Under the pieces are notes generated by a model. That model did no database searches, was not told where the DNA came from, and was given only the letters and a program-made list of their open reading frames with translations. The position numbers and the translations under genes were made by a program. This document shows, piece after piece, positions 18,846 to 27,188 of a stretch of 32,622 bases of DNA. Within the stretch, counting starts at the first letter, position 1, and every line of letters begins with the position of its first letter. The DNA is from Nitrospirales bacterium (lineage in GTDB: Bacteria; Nitrospirota; Nitrospiria; Nitrospirales; NS-4), in contig JAVHQA010000142.1 of NCBI GenBank assembly GCA_036170875.1, forward strand, positions 3,423 through 36,044, read 5' to 3'.

Positions 18846-20006
18846 ATGCACGCTTCGACTTCCGCGCTCCACTGGTGTTCGGCGGCGCTCCTCATCGCGA
18901 TGGGGACCGCCTGCACGCCGGGCGAATCCCACCAGGCTCCCGATCTCTTCTACCTCTACAAAACGATCGAAGTCGGTAAGAACCCCACGAGCGTCGTCAC
19001 TGGCGACCTGAACGGCGACCGCTTTGCAGATCTGATCACGACGAACATCAGCGGCGACTCGCTGACAATTTTGCTTGGCAACGGAGACGGTAACTTCAAG
19101 GACCCGATCATCGTGAGCCTGCCGGAACAGCCCCGCGCCGCCGTCCTCCACGACTTCAACGGGGACGGCACACTCGATCTGGCCGTGGCGACCGCCGGCA
19201 ACAACCGCGTGACCATTCTGCTGGGAGACGGGACCGGCCGTTTCACAAAGGGAGACAGCTACTCGGCAGTCAAATCGCCGGTCAGCCTGGCAGTGGGGGA
19301 CTTCAATCGGGACGGCAAAGCGGACCTCGCCGTGGCCCTCCGGAACGACAAACTGCTCATCCTGGTGGGGCGCGGAGACGGCAGCTTCCTGCAAAAGGGC
19401 GTCTATGAATACGGCGACACCCCGACCTCGGTCACCGCCGCCGACGTCAACGAGGACGGCGTGACGGATCTCGTGGTCACCCATGGCGGCAAAATGAGCA
19501 ACAGCGTCGTGGTCTTCCTGGGCAACGGAAACGGCACGTTCCAGGTGCCCGTCCCCTACCCGACCGGCCACAGCCCGCTCAGTGCGTCGGTCCTGGACCT
19601 CAACGGCGACCGCCATGTGGACCTGCTCGTCATCAACGGGGAGCGGGACGACATCAGCGTCTTTTTCGGCAAGGGAGACGGCACGTTCGCACCAGGAACG
19701 TCCTTCGGCGCGAACGCCGGCCCGATCGCGGCCGTGATCCAGGATTTCGACGGGGACGGCAAGACGGACATCGCCGTCGCCAACAACATGTCGAGCGACC
19801 TGTCCGTGCTGCTGGGCAAGGGCGACGGCACGTTCTGGCAGCCGCCGCGCAGCTACCGGACCGGTGCGGCCCCGTTCGCCGTCACGGCGGTGTCGTTCGG
19901 CCCGCAGGATCCACGCCCCGGCCTGGTCACCGCGAATAATCTGGCCAACACCGTCTCGATCTTCCTGGCCAAGGATCCCCGCTCACATCTCGTGCCTTCT
20001 AAGTGA
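18846..20006 (+). CDS. FG-GAP/VCBS-repeat seven-blade beta-propeller protein with signal peptide (possible lipoprotein)
   Basis: ORF track 18756..20006, trimmed to ATG 18846 (MHASTSALHWCSAALLIAMGTAC TPGE) because the longer start would overlap the asnS start. It has six repeats of about 50 aa with Ca-binding-like DxNxDGxxD loops (GDLNGDRFADL, HDFNGDGTLDL, GDFNRDGKADL, ADVNEDGVTDL, LDLNGDRHVDL, QDFDGDGKTDI), each followed by LLGxGDGxF, plus a degenerate seventh repeat. Confidence 0.85.
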   Translation: MHASTSALHWCSAALLIAMGTACTPGESHQAPDLFYLYKTIEVGKNPTSVVTGDLNGDRFADLITTNISGDSLTILLGNGDGNFKDPIIVSLPEQPRAAVLHDFNGDGTLDLAVATAGNNRVTILLGDGTGRFTKGDSYSAVKSPVSLAVGDFNRDGKADLAVALRNDKLLILVGRGDGSFLQKGVYEYGDTPTSVTAADVNEDGVTDLVVTHGGKMSNSVVVFLGNGNGTFQVPVPYPTGHSPLSASVLDLNGDRHVDLLVINGERDDISVFFGKGDGTFAPGTSFGANAGPIAAVIQDFDGDGKTDIAVANNMSSDLSVLLGKGDGTFWQPPRSYRTGAAPFAVTAVSFGPQDPRPGLVTANNLANTVSIFLAKDPRSHLVPSK

Positions 20007-20022
20007 GTCGAATTCCGTAGGC

Positions 20023-20051
20023 TTGACAATCCAGAGCCTCACCGCTAGATT
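20023..20051 (+). promoter_or_regulatory. Candidate sigma70 promoter for the small-protein / carboxypeptidase operon
   Basis: TTGACA (20023..20028), a 17-nt spacer, and TAGATT (20046..20051). It sits in the 67-nt gap after the FG-GAP stop. GGAGA (20059..20063) and GTG 20074 follow. Confidence 0.5.
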
Positions 20052-20073
20052 GGACCGTGGAGATGCTGGACAC

Positions 20074-20256
20074 GTGAAGACATTCCTCTGGTGGTTCATC
20101 ACAGGATCTGTGACGACGCTGGCCGTGCTGATGGTGCAGGGCGGCGTGCAGGATCTGATCAGCGGCGACAAGAGCGCCTTCAACTTTGTGCTCACCATTG
20201 CCGGCGGCGGACTGCTGGCCGGGTGCATCGCCATCATCATGAATCGGATTAAATGA
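20074..20256 (+). CDS. Small two-TM membrane protein (60 aa), function unknown
   Basis: This is the 3' part of ORF 19864..20256. The upstream part overlaps the FG-GAP gene and is rejected. GTG 20074 is preceded by GGAGA with a 10-nt spacer. Sequence: VKTFLWWFITGSVTTLAVLMVQGGVQDLISGDKSAFNFVLTIAGGGLLAGCIAIIMNRIK, with two clear hydrophobic helices. Confidence 0.55.
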   Translation: MKTFLWWFITGSVTTLAVLMVQGGVQDLISGDKSAFNFVLTIAGGGLLAGCIAIIMNRIK

Positions 20257-20325
20257 GCCTGCTAAGCCCGCCTCGCGTCCGCTTTTCGCTTGACTCACAC
20301 GCCATGCCATGCCAGAGTAACGGCC

Positions 20326-20514
20326 ATGAAATGCTTGAAATGCAAGGGCTGTGTGCTGTTTGAGCGGCATTACACGCTCGACAGCCGCCGCCTGTATGCC
20401 CGCTGCCTGAACTGCGGGTTCTGGCTGGACCTGGCGGATCTGCTGCGGTTCTTCCATCAAGTGCTGGCGGCCGGGGTAAAGGATCTGAGCCGCAAAGTCA
20501 CGATTCCCTCATGA
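20326..20514 (+). CDS. Small zinc-ribbon protein (62 aa; CxxC...CxxC), function unknown
   Basis: ORF track 20290..20514 (TTG start). I prefer the in-frame ATG 20326: MKCLKCKGCVLFERHYTLDSRRLYARCLNCGFWLDL... The cysteine pairs are CLKC and CLNC. Third codon positions are G/C-rich, like neighbouring genes. Its stop overlaps the downstream ATG (ATGA at 20511..20514). Confidence 0.55.
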   Translation: MKCLKCKGCVLFERHYTLDSRRLYARCLNCGFWLDLADLLRFFHQVLAAGVKDLSRKVTIPS

Positions 20515-21437
20515 ACGCCGCCCGTTGCCGCCAGGTTATTGGCCTGATCGTCGGTACGGCGCTTCTCCTGTTTCCCGCTTCCGGCCGTGCCACGGGCTCC
20601 CCGGCGGACCATGCCGCGCGCGCCCACCACATGTCCAAGGCGAAACCCGCGCAAGTCAAAACATACAAGCGTAAGGCCCTGCGACGGCCCCTGCCGCCTG
20701 AAGGGATTCTGCTGAAAGACCTGCAGACGGGACAGGTCCTGTTCGAGGAAAATGCCGATCTGTCCATGGCGCCCGCCAGCCTGACAAAGATCATGTCGGC
20801 TATCGTGATTCTCGAGGAAGGCAACCTGGACGACCCGGTGACGGTAAGCCGGCAGGCGGCGGCTGCCCACCGGACCAAGCTCTACCTGAAGCCCGGCCAG
20901 GTCATTCCGCTGCGGGGCCTTCTGGAGGCCATGCTGGTTCGCTCCGCCAACGACGCCTGCCTGGCTGCGGCGGAACACGTGGGCGGGGATGAGGAATCGT
21001 TCGTCGAGAAAATGAACGCCAAGGCTGCGGCTATCGGGTTGCCCCGCACCCACTTCGGGAATGCCTGCGGGTTCGACATGCCCGACCATTTTTCCACGGC
21101 CGAGGACCTGGCGCGGTTGACGGAATATGCGATGGGGCACGAAACATTCGCCGCCATCGTGAAAGAATCGGCCGCGGTCATCCGCACCACCGATCAGCGC
21201 AAGAAATACATTGCGCGGACGACCAACCGCCTGTTGGGGACCATGGATGGAGTGATCGGCGTGAAAACCGGCTATACGAGCGGGGCCGGACGCTGCCTGA
21301 TCACCGTCGTGACACGTGACGGCAGGGAACTCCTGCTCGTCCTGCTCAATGCGCGCCAGCGCTGGTGGCGCGCGCATGAACTGCTCGAATACGGTCTCCG
21401 CGCGCCCGCTCCGGCGACGGTCGCGACTTCACGCTAG
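20511..21437 (+). CDS. D-alanyl-D-alanine carboxypeptidase (peptidase S11, low-molecular-weight PBP)
   Basis: ORF track, 308 aa. Signal peptide (VIGLIVGTALLLFPASG). Active-site motifs SxxK (ASLTKIM), SxN (RSANDA) and KTG (VKTGYT). It lacks the PBP5-type C-terminal domain. Confidence 0.9.
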   Translation: MNAARCRQVIGLIVGTALLLFPASGRATGSPADHAARAHHMSKAKPAQVKTYKRKALRRPLPPEGILLKDLQTGQVLFEENADLSMAPASLTKIMSAIVILEEGNLDDPVTVSRQAAAAHRTKLYLKPGQVIPLRGLLEAMLVRSANDACLAAAEHVGGDEESFVEKMNAKAAAIGLPRTHFGNACGFDMPDHFSTAEDLARLTEYAMGHETFAAIVKESAAVIRTTDQRKKYIARTTNRLLGTMDGVIGVKTGYTSGAGRCLITVVTRDGRELLLVLLNARQRWWRAHELLEYGLRAPAPATVATSR

Positions 21438-21446
21438 CCCGCCCTC

Positions 21447-21980
21447 TCAGGTTCCTGCATTGAACTCCACTGTGATGTCACGGCCGTTGAAGAGGATCAC
21501 CATCGTCCCCCCCTTGTAATTCAACTTGGTGAACGTGGCCTGGTCCTCGGCGAATTCCTCCTTGCCGAGCAGCTTCCTGGCCTCGTCAATGCCCTCGCCC
21601 CGCAGGACAAGGCGAAAAACCCCCGTGGCCAGATGGGCGAACCGCTGGGTGATGAACATATAGTCCACCTTGCCGTCCATCAGCCTGACTCCCGCCATCA
21701 CATTGCCGGGATTGCGCTTGTCGAACACCATGACGAAGACGTCCTGCACATCCACCCGTAGACCGGGGATCTTGGTCTTGATGAGATTGTCCTTGACCTT
21801 TGCCTCCGAGTCCCCAAGCTTGACGCCGAACAGGGAGACGTCGGGGGTCGTGAATTGCGCAAGATCCATCACCTCGGATTCGGTCAATTCGTAGGGCGCG
21901 GCGCTCACCGCCGACGCCGCCAGGACGACCAACGCACCAGCCCAGACGGCCGCGCGCAGGCCGTTCAACCACTTCCCCAT
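21447..21980 (-). CDS. Secreted hypothetical protein (177 aa)
   Basis: ORF track 21447..22055, trimmed to ATG 21980 (MGKWLNGLRAAVWAGALVVLAASAVSA|APYEL), which has a signal peptide with an AxA site and a G-rich SD upstream. I recognise no family motifs. Confidence 0.65.
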   Translation of the reverse strand: MGKWLNGLRAAVWAGALVVLAASAVSAAPYELTESEVMDLAQFTTPDVSLFGVKLGDSEAKVKDNLIKTKIPGLRVDVQDVFVMVFDKRNPGNVMAGVRLMDGKVDYMFITQRFAHLATGVFRLVLRGEGIDEARKLLGKEEFAEDQATFTKLNYKGGTMVILFNGRDITVEFNAGT

Positions 21981-22061
21981 GCCGTACCCCCATTCTAAGT
22001 TGTAGGACTTCAAAATCGCGCCATGGTATCCAACCAACCACTGAGATGCAAGCATCCGGCG

Positions 22062-22442
22062 CTATAAGGCGCTCACGCCGTAGGCGAGCATCGTTGCCAG
22101 ACTCATCAGCACGAGACCCCACGCGCGATACTCCCAGAACGGCCGCTTGAACCACCACGTAAGGAAGGCTTCCCGCCGGCCGATCGGGGCGCCGATCAGA
22201 AACAATCCCTTGGCGAGCCCCAGACATCCGACCACGATCCAGACGGACCGGAAAACCAGCCCCCCCGTCCCGATCACCAAAATGAGGCTGATCACCATCC
22301 CAATCTGAACGAGCACGAATTGCCGGAACTCGTCGGACGCGAGCCGGTCGAGTATTTCGACGGTCCAGGCCGGCGCAATAACCAGGCCGAACCCTATGGA
22401 AAACCAGACCACCCCGATGAAACTGAAGAGGAACCCCTTCAC
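22062..22442 (-). CDS. Small integral membrane protein (126 aa, about 4 TM), function unknown
   Basis: ORF track. Hydrophobic segments are FLFSFIGVVWFSIGFGLVIAPAW, FVLVQIGMVISLILVIGTGGLVF, VWIVVGCLGLAKGLFLIGAPI and WGLVLMSLATMLAYGV. The GTG start at 22442 overlaps the gdh stop (GTGA). Confidence 0.7.
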   Translation of the reverse strand: MKGFLFSFIGVVWFSIGFGLVIAPAWTVEILDRLASDEFRQFVLVQIGMVISLILVIGTGGLVFRSVWIVVGCLGLAKGLFLIGAPIGRREAFLTWWFKRPFWEYRAWGLVLMSLATMLAYGVSAL

Positions 22443-23707
22443 GGATAGAGCCCGCGAGCCAGATGCGCCTGCCCGATCTTGTCGATCCCGCTCATGAGCG
22501 CAGCCATTCGCATGCTGACTTTCTTCGCCTGTGAGAATTCAAGGGTTCTGTGGAACGCGGCCGTGATGATCTCGTGCAGCCGGTCCCTGACGTCCTGCTC
22601 TTTCCAGAAATACTTCTGGACGTCCTGAACCCACTCGAAATAGGACACGATCACCCCGCCGGAATTGGCCAGAATGTCGGGGATCACAAAGACGCCTTTT
22701 TCTTCGAGAATGCGGTCGGCGGCCATCGTCGTCGGCCCGTTCGCCCCTTCCGCCAGGATCCGGCAGCGAACCCTGGCCGCATTTTTCTCCGTGATCTGCT
22801 CCGAGAGCGCGGCCGGAACAAGAATCGTACATTCGAGTTGCAGGAGGTCGTCGTTGGCAATGAACTCTCCCATGCCGCATTCTTGAAGCGGGCGCACGTT
22901 TCTGCGATAGCGGGAACGGAGCGTGGGGATGTCCAATCCGCGCGAGCTGTACACCCCGCCTTTGGCGTCGCTGACGGCGAGGACCTTCGCGCCCGCTTCG
23001 TGCATGATCCGGGCCGTATGCATGCCCACATTCCCAAAGCCCTGGACGGCGACCGTGGCCCCGGCCATGTTCAGGCCCAGGTGCCGCAGCGCCTCCAGGG
23101 TAACGTCGGTGACCCCTCGCCCCGTCGCATCCTCACGCCCCAGGCTCCCGCCGATGGCCAGCGGCTTCCCCGTCACGACGCCGGGGACGGCGTAGCCCAT
23201 TTCCTGGCTATACGTGTCCATCATCCAGGCCATCACCTGCGCGTTGGTCCCGACGTCGGGCGCGGGGATGTCTTTCTCGGGACCGATGAGAGGAAGGATT
23301 TCCGCGGTATAGCGGCGGGTGAGTCGTTGCAGCTCCGCGCGGGACAATTTTTCCGGCGCCACCCGGACTCCTCCCTTGGCGCCTCCGTAGGGAAGCCCCG
23401 CCAGGGCGCACTTCCAGGTCATCCACATGGCCAGCGCGGCCACTTCTCCCAGATTCACATCAGGGTGGAAGCGCACACCTCCCTTGGAAGGCCCCAGCGC
23501 CGTATCGTGCTGCACGCGATAGCCCATGAACACCTTGACGCTCTTGTCGTCCATCCGAACGGGAACGGACACGATCAGCGCCCGCTGAGGCAGCGTGAGC
23601 CGCTCGCGGAGATTCCCGTCCAGGCCGAGTCGCTCGGCCGCCTCCTCAAATTGGGCGACGGCCAGACGAAACGTCGGGGTATCCAGTTCCTGATAGAGAC
23701 TCGTCAT
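22439..23707 (-). CDS. gdh: Glutamate dehydrogenase (Glu/Leu/Phe/Val dehydrogenase family)
   Basis: The ORF track entry (511 aa) is over-extended. The start is ATG 23707 (MTSLYQELDTPTFRLAVAQFEEAAERLGLD). Motifs GPSKGGVRFHP and PYGGAKGG, and the Rossmann segment VAVQGFGNVG. 422 aa. Confidence 0.93.
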   Translation of the reverse strand: MTSLYQELDTPTFRLAVAQFEEAAERLGLDGNLRERLTLPQRALIVSVPVRMDDKSVKVFMGYRVQHDTALGPSKGGVRFHPDVNLGEVAALAMWMTWKCALAGLPYGGAKGGVRVAPEKLSRAELQRLTRRYTAEILPLIGPEKDIPAPDVGTNAQVMAWMMDTYSQEMGYAVPGVVTGKPLAIGGSLGREDATGRGVTDVTLEALRHLGLNMAGATVAVQGFGNVGMHTARIMHEAGAKVLAVSDAKGGVYSSRGLDIPTLRSRYRRNVRPLQECGMGEFIANDDLLQLECTILVPAALSEQITEKNAARVRCRILAEGANGPTTMAADRILEEKGVFVIPDILANSGGVIVSYFEWVQDVQKYFWKEQDVRDRLHEIITAAFHRTLEFSQAKKVSMRMAALMSGIDKIGQAHLARGLYP

Positions 23708-23718
23708 GGCGGTCGGGC

Positions 23719-24087
23719 TCAGACTTGCTGGGGAGCCGGCTCGTCCGGCGGGAGGCTGGCCGCTTCGGCATCCTGAGCCACCCGCTCCTTTTCCATCGCC
23801 GGCTGGAGCTTGGCGTATTCCCGCCGCCCCCGGACCGTCGCTTTGATCTGGAAATTGTCCGTGTGGAAGAACCACCCCGCGTTGACTTCGGCGCGATAGG
23901 GCTGGCCATCCTTGGACAGCACGATATCCCCGCACAGGAACATGTCGTTCAAGGCATCGCGGACCTGCGCCCAATCGGCCTCGGCGATCTCATTGAGGAT
24001 GGCGACGTTCGCAGAAATGAGCTGGGACTCATGGGCCTCAACCAGATAATTCAGCAGACGGTACCTGATGACATCACGCGGCTCCAT
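23719..24087 (-). CDS. Hypothetical protein (122 aa), function unknown
   Basis: ORF track 23719..24141, trimmed to ATG 24087 (MEPRDVIRYRLLNYLVEAHES...), which is preceded by GGAGG with an 8-nt spacer. It overlaps the lipB 3' end by 14 nt. Acidic, Pro-rich C-terminal tail. No recognisable family. Confidence 0.6.
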   Translation of the reverse strand: MEPRDVIRYRLLNYLVEAHESQLISANVAILNEIAEADWAQVRDALNDMFLCGDIVLSKDGQPYRAEVNAGWFFHTDNFQIKATVRGRREYAKLQPAMEKERVAQDAEAASLPPDEPAPQQV

Positions 24088-24808
24088 CGTATATTCCTCC
24101 GTTTCCAGCGCACGGCGCGTCCGCCGATTCCACTTCCACATGCGCGAAGATCTCCGTGGCGCGCGCGTCCGCCAGGGCCAGGCCGAACACCTCCTGGAAT
24201 GCCCCGAGCACGGCTCTCAGGGCCTGATCGAAATCCACGAGGCCCCCCGTCTCCTGCGCCACTGAGGTCACGCCGAATCCGGCAAGCCCGCAGGGGACGA
24301 TGGCCGAAAAGGGACTCAGCTCGTTCACCACGTTCAGCGCGAAACCATGCCGCGTCACACCCCGCGAGATGCGGACCCCCACCGCGGCGATCTTGCGGTC
24401 CGCCACCCACACCCCGGGCATCCCGTTGCGGCGCCCCGCTGGCACCCCAAGCCCGGCCAGTGCCCGGATGACGCTTTCTTCCAGCCGTGCGACATAGGCC
24501 TTGGGACCCGCGCAGTAATCCCGCAGTTTCAGGATGGGATACCCCACCACTTGCCCGGGCCCATGGTACGTGACGGACCCGCCACGGTCGGCGGTACGGA
24601 CCGGAATCCCATTGATGGCCCCGCGAGTCCATCCTTCACCGACATGCTCCGCGCGGGCCATCCGTCCCAGCGTATACACCGGAAGATGTTCGGTCAGCAA
24701 CAGGGCATCGCCGATGCGGTCCTCCACCCGCGCCTGGTGGGCATGCATCTGGAGGCGGCAGGCATCCTGGTAGTCGGTGAGCCCGAGATCAAGGAGATGG
24801 CCGATCAC
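24074..24808 (-). CDS. lipB: Octanoyltransferase (lipoyl(octanoyl) transferase)
   Basis: ORF track, 244 aa: LLTEHLPVYTLG, DRGGSVTYHGPGQVVGYPIL, RKIAAVGVRISRGVTRHGFALNV. The GTG start overlaps the upstream protease stop (GTGA). Confidence 0.92.
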   Translation of the reverse strand: MIGHLLDLGLTDYQDACRLQMHAHQARVEDRIGDALLLTEHLPVYTLGRMARAEHVGEGWTRGAINGIPVRTADRGGSVTYHGPGQVVGYPILKLRDYCAGPKAYVARLEESVIRALAGLGVPAGRRNGMPGVWVADRKIAAVGVRISRGVTRHGFALNVVNELSPFSAIVPCGLAGFGVTSVAQETGGLVDFDQALRAVLGAFQEVFGLALADARATEIFAHVEVESADAPCAGNGGIYDGAA

Positions 24809-25830
24809 TTGGCCACCGGCCGCCTGAGAAGAATTTTCTCCTGAGTCGCTTTGCGCACCACCGAGAGGCGGGCCACAGGCTCCGACCCGTTCTTGAGTAA
24901 TGCGTGCCAGAGGTCGGACATATTATAAACCTGCGTGACATCCACGGCCGTGATCACGTCGCCGTCACGCAGTCCGGCCTCGGACGCCGGCCCCCCGGAC
25001 TCGACCCAGAGGACCAGGACTCCCCGCTCCGCATCCAGGCCGAAGGACGCCACAATGCTGGACGTCACCGTGACCGGCACAAAGCCCAGCAGCGGCCTGA
25101 GCATGCCGCCCCGCACGATCAAGGACTGCGCGACGAGAACCGCCTCATCGACGGCGATGGCATACCCGATATTCTGCGCGGCCGGCGCCACCGCCGTGTT
25201 GATACCCACCACGCGGCCCGAGAGATCCACCAGCGGGCCTCCACTGTTGCCGGGATTGATGGCCGCATCGGACTGAATCAGGCTGTAGAGTGTTTCACCG
25301 GTTGGAGGAACAATGGCGCGATCGAGCGCGCTGACGACCCCCACCGACACCGTCGCCCCGCCCTTGATGGCCAGCGGGTTGCCGATGGCCACGACTGTTT
25401 CCCCGATCCGCAGCCGGGAAGACGCGCCCAGCGTGGCCGGAACCAAACCCTCAATCTCGACCTTGATGATGGCCAGATCGGTCAGAAAGTCACGCCCGAC
25501 CACGCGCCCCGGGACAAGCCGGCCGTCGTAGAGACCGATCACCAGCCGCGTGGCGCCCGCCACCAGATGATTGGAGGTCAGGATGTAGCCGGTCGCAATG
25601 ACAACACCGGACCCTGAACCGGATGGAACCACTTGCGTGGGAGTCGCCCGGACCGGCCCGTGCGCCATGACACTGACCACGGAGGGAAGGATCGCCGCCA
25701 CCGCGTCAGGGACGGACAGCGTTTTCGGAGGAGCGTCGGACGCGGCCCATGCCGAAACCGGGAGGCAGGCAAGGCCGAGAAGAAGGGCGCTGCACAATAC
25801 CCGGGCCTCAAACAGATCACCCCGCACCAT
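24805..25830 (-). CDS. HtrA/DegP-family periplasmic serine protease (trypsin-like domain plus one PDZ)
   Basis: ORF track 24805..25866. I prefer ATG 25830 (MVRGDLFEARVLCSALLLGLACLPVSAWA|AS), which has the SD GGGAGA with a 7-nt spacer. The ATG at 25866 has no SD. Catalytic-triad context TSNHLV, DLAIIKV and GNSGGPLV, with a C-terminal PDZ-like region. Confidence 0.88.
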   Translation of the reverse strand: MVRGDLFEARVLCSALLLGLACLPVSAWAASDAPPKTLSVPDAVAAILPSVVSVMAHGPVRATPTQVVPSGSGSGVVIATGYILTSNHLVAGATRLVIGLYDGRLVPGRVVGRDFLTDLAIIKVEIEGLVPATLGASSRLRIGETVVAIGNPLAIKGGATVSVGVVSALDRAIVPPTGETLYSLIQSDAAINPGNSGGPLVDLSGRVVGINTAVAPAAQNIGYAIAVDEAVLVAQSLIVRGGMLRPLLGFVPVTVTSSIVASFGLDAERGVLVLWVESGGPASEAGLRDGDVITAVDVTQVYNMSDLWHALLKNGSEPVARLSVVRKATQEKILLRRPVAK

Positions 25831-25889
25831 CCATACGTCTCCCTGTGATTTTATATTGTCGCACATTCAGGCGGAAGGGGGAAGGGGAC

Positions 25890-25912
25890 GCGCCCCGCCG
25901 GCGGCGGGGCGC
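25890..25912 (-). terminator. Perfect GC hairpin immediately downstream of the sigma-factor gene
   Basis: GCGCCCCGCC-GSC-GGCGGGGCGC: a 10-bp all-GC stem with a 3-nt loop, starting 5 nt after the stop at 25917. On the minus strand it is followed by the C/U-rich GUCCCCUUCCCCCUUCC rather than a clean U-tract. Confidence 0.4.
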
Positions 25913-25916
25913 ACGG

Positions 25917-27188
25917 TTACAGAAGCGGTCGGAGTATCTGCTGAAATTCCTGGCTCCGTAATTTCATCAGGGCCTTCTCCTCGATCTGGCGGATGCGTTC
26001 GCGCGTGACGCCCAGGATTTGCCCCACCTCCTCCAGGGTCATCGCTTCCCCCTGGCCAATGCCGAAACGAAGGCGGATCACGGCCGCTTCCCGCGGGCTG
26101 AGCGCGCCCAGCGCCCTGGCGACCTCACGGGTCATTTCCTTCAGCCCGACCTGGCCGTCGGGTTGCAGCGCCTCCTTGTCGGGAATGAAATCCCCCAGCA
26201 GGGTTTCCCCGTCCCCGATCGGATGCTCCAGCGACACCACGTCCTGGAAGACCTGGATCGTCTGCGCAATGCGGTCGCTCGTCGAGTCGACCACCCCGGC
26301 CACTTCCTCCAGTGAAGGGGTCCGCCCGAGGCGTTGCGACAGCCGCCTCGTCGCCTTGGTCACCCGCTGATAGGCTTCGGTCATGTGCACAGGGATGCGG
26401 ATCGTCCGCGACTGGTCCGCAAGCGCGCGCGTAATGCCCTGCCGGATCCACCAGGTGGCGTACGTGCTGAACTTGAACCCGCGCCGGTGGTCAAACCGCT
26501 CCGCCGCCTTCATCAAGCCAATATTGCCCTCCTGGACCAGGTCCAGGAGGCTCAACCCACGCCCGTTGTAATGCTTGGCGATGTCGACGACCAGGCGCAG
26601 GTTGGAGAGGACCATCTCGTCTTTGGCCTTTTCCAACCCGGCCCACCCTTCATGATATTGCTTCAGGGCGGCTTTCACATGCTTGGCTTTCGGCGTCGCC
26701 CGGCGGCTCGGTCCGCAGATCTCCCTGATCACATTCTTGATGACAAGGCTGCCCTTCCCAAGATCCGTCGCCGACAGTCCGCTGACGCCCAGCACCTCCT
26801 TGAGATCGACCTGACAGGCTTTGAGGGTGTCCGTCGAGCGAAGCCCCCGGGCAATAGTCAGGACCGTCCGGAGGGCACGCCGAGCCTGGCGGTCGCCCGC
26901 CTCAATCCGCTTGCCCAGCACAACCTCACCCTCACGGGTCAGCAGGGCTTTCTTGCCGAACGATTGGAAGTACAGCCATTCCAGTTCAACCAGATGCTCG
27001 CCGGCCGGCTCGGGCTTCCCGGGCTCGTCTGCACCCGCGCCTGCCTCAGAGCCTTCCAGCTTCGCCGTGTCCTCCACATCCACGGACTCGTCGTCGATGC
27101 TCTCATTCAGCAGGGTGTCTTCGTCCTTCATCTCGTCCACCATCTCGTTCGATTCGGCCACACAATCATCTTTCATTCTTACGGACAC
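25917..27188 (-). CDS. RNA polymerase sigma factor, RpoD/sigma70 family (group 1/2-like, 423 aa)
   Basis: ORF track. Acidic N-terminus. Region 1.2-like [17 protein letters not shown]. Region 2 [27 protein letters not shown]. Region 4.2 [28 protein letters not shown]. The GTG start at 27188 has the SD GAGGG. An alternative ATG lies at 27176. Confidence 0.9.
   Translation of the reverse strand: MSVRMKDDCVAESNEMVDEMKDEDTLLNESIDDESVDVEDTAKLEGSEAGAGADEPGKPEPAGEHLVELEWLYFQSFGKKALLTREGEVVLGKRIEAGDRQARRALRTVLTIARGLRSTDTLKACQVDLKEVLGVSGLSATDLGKGSLVIKNVIREICGPSRRATPKAKHVKAALKQYHEGWAGLEKAKDEMVLSNLRLVVDIAKHYNGRGLSLLDLVQEGNIGLMKAAERFDHRRGFKFSTYATWWIRQGITRALADQSRTIRIPVHMTEAYQRVTKATRRLSQRLGRTPSLEEVAGVVDSTSDRIAQTIQVFQDVVSLEHPIGDGETLLGDFIPDKEALQPDGQVGLKEMTREVARALGALSPREAAVIRLRFGIGQGEAMTLEEVGQILGVTRERIRQIEEKALMKLRSQEFQQILRPLL

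Noticed and set aside
19371-19379. An RGD (integrin-ligand) tripeptide inside the integrin-like FG-GAP protein (VGRGDGSF)
   Set aside because: It falls in the recurring LLGxGDGxF blade consensus. The R is just the variable x position in one of six repeats, so it is most likely incidental.
18591-19616. A 341-aa minus-strand ORF spanning the asnS 5' end and the FG-GAP gene
   Set aside because: It overlaps two confidently called genes. The antisense of a repeat-rich gene is naturally stop-poor. It has no motifs and no SD.
20290-20318. TTGACT hexamer upstream of the zinc-ribbon ORF as an independent promoter
   Set aside because: No acceptable -10 lies at 16-19 nt spacing (the candidates are cagagt, agagta and gagtaa). 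The upstream TTGACA-17-TAGATT promoter at 20023 is a much better fit for the whole operon.
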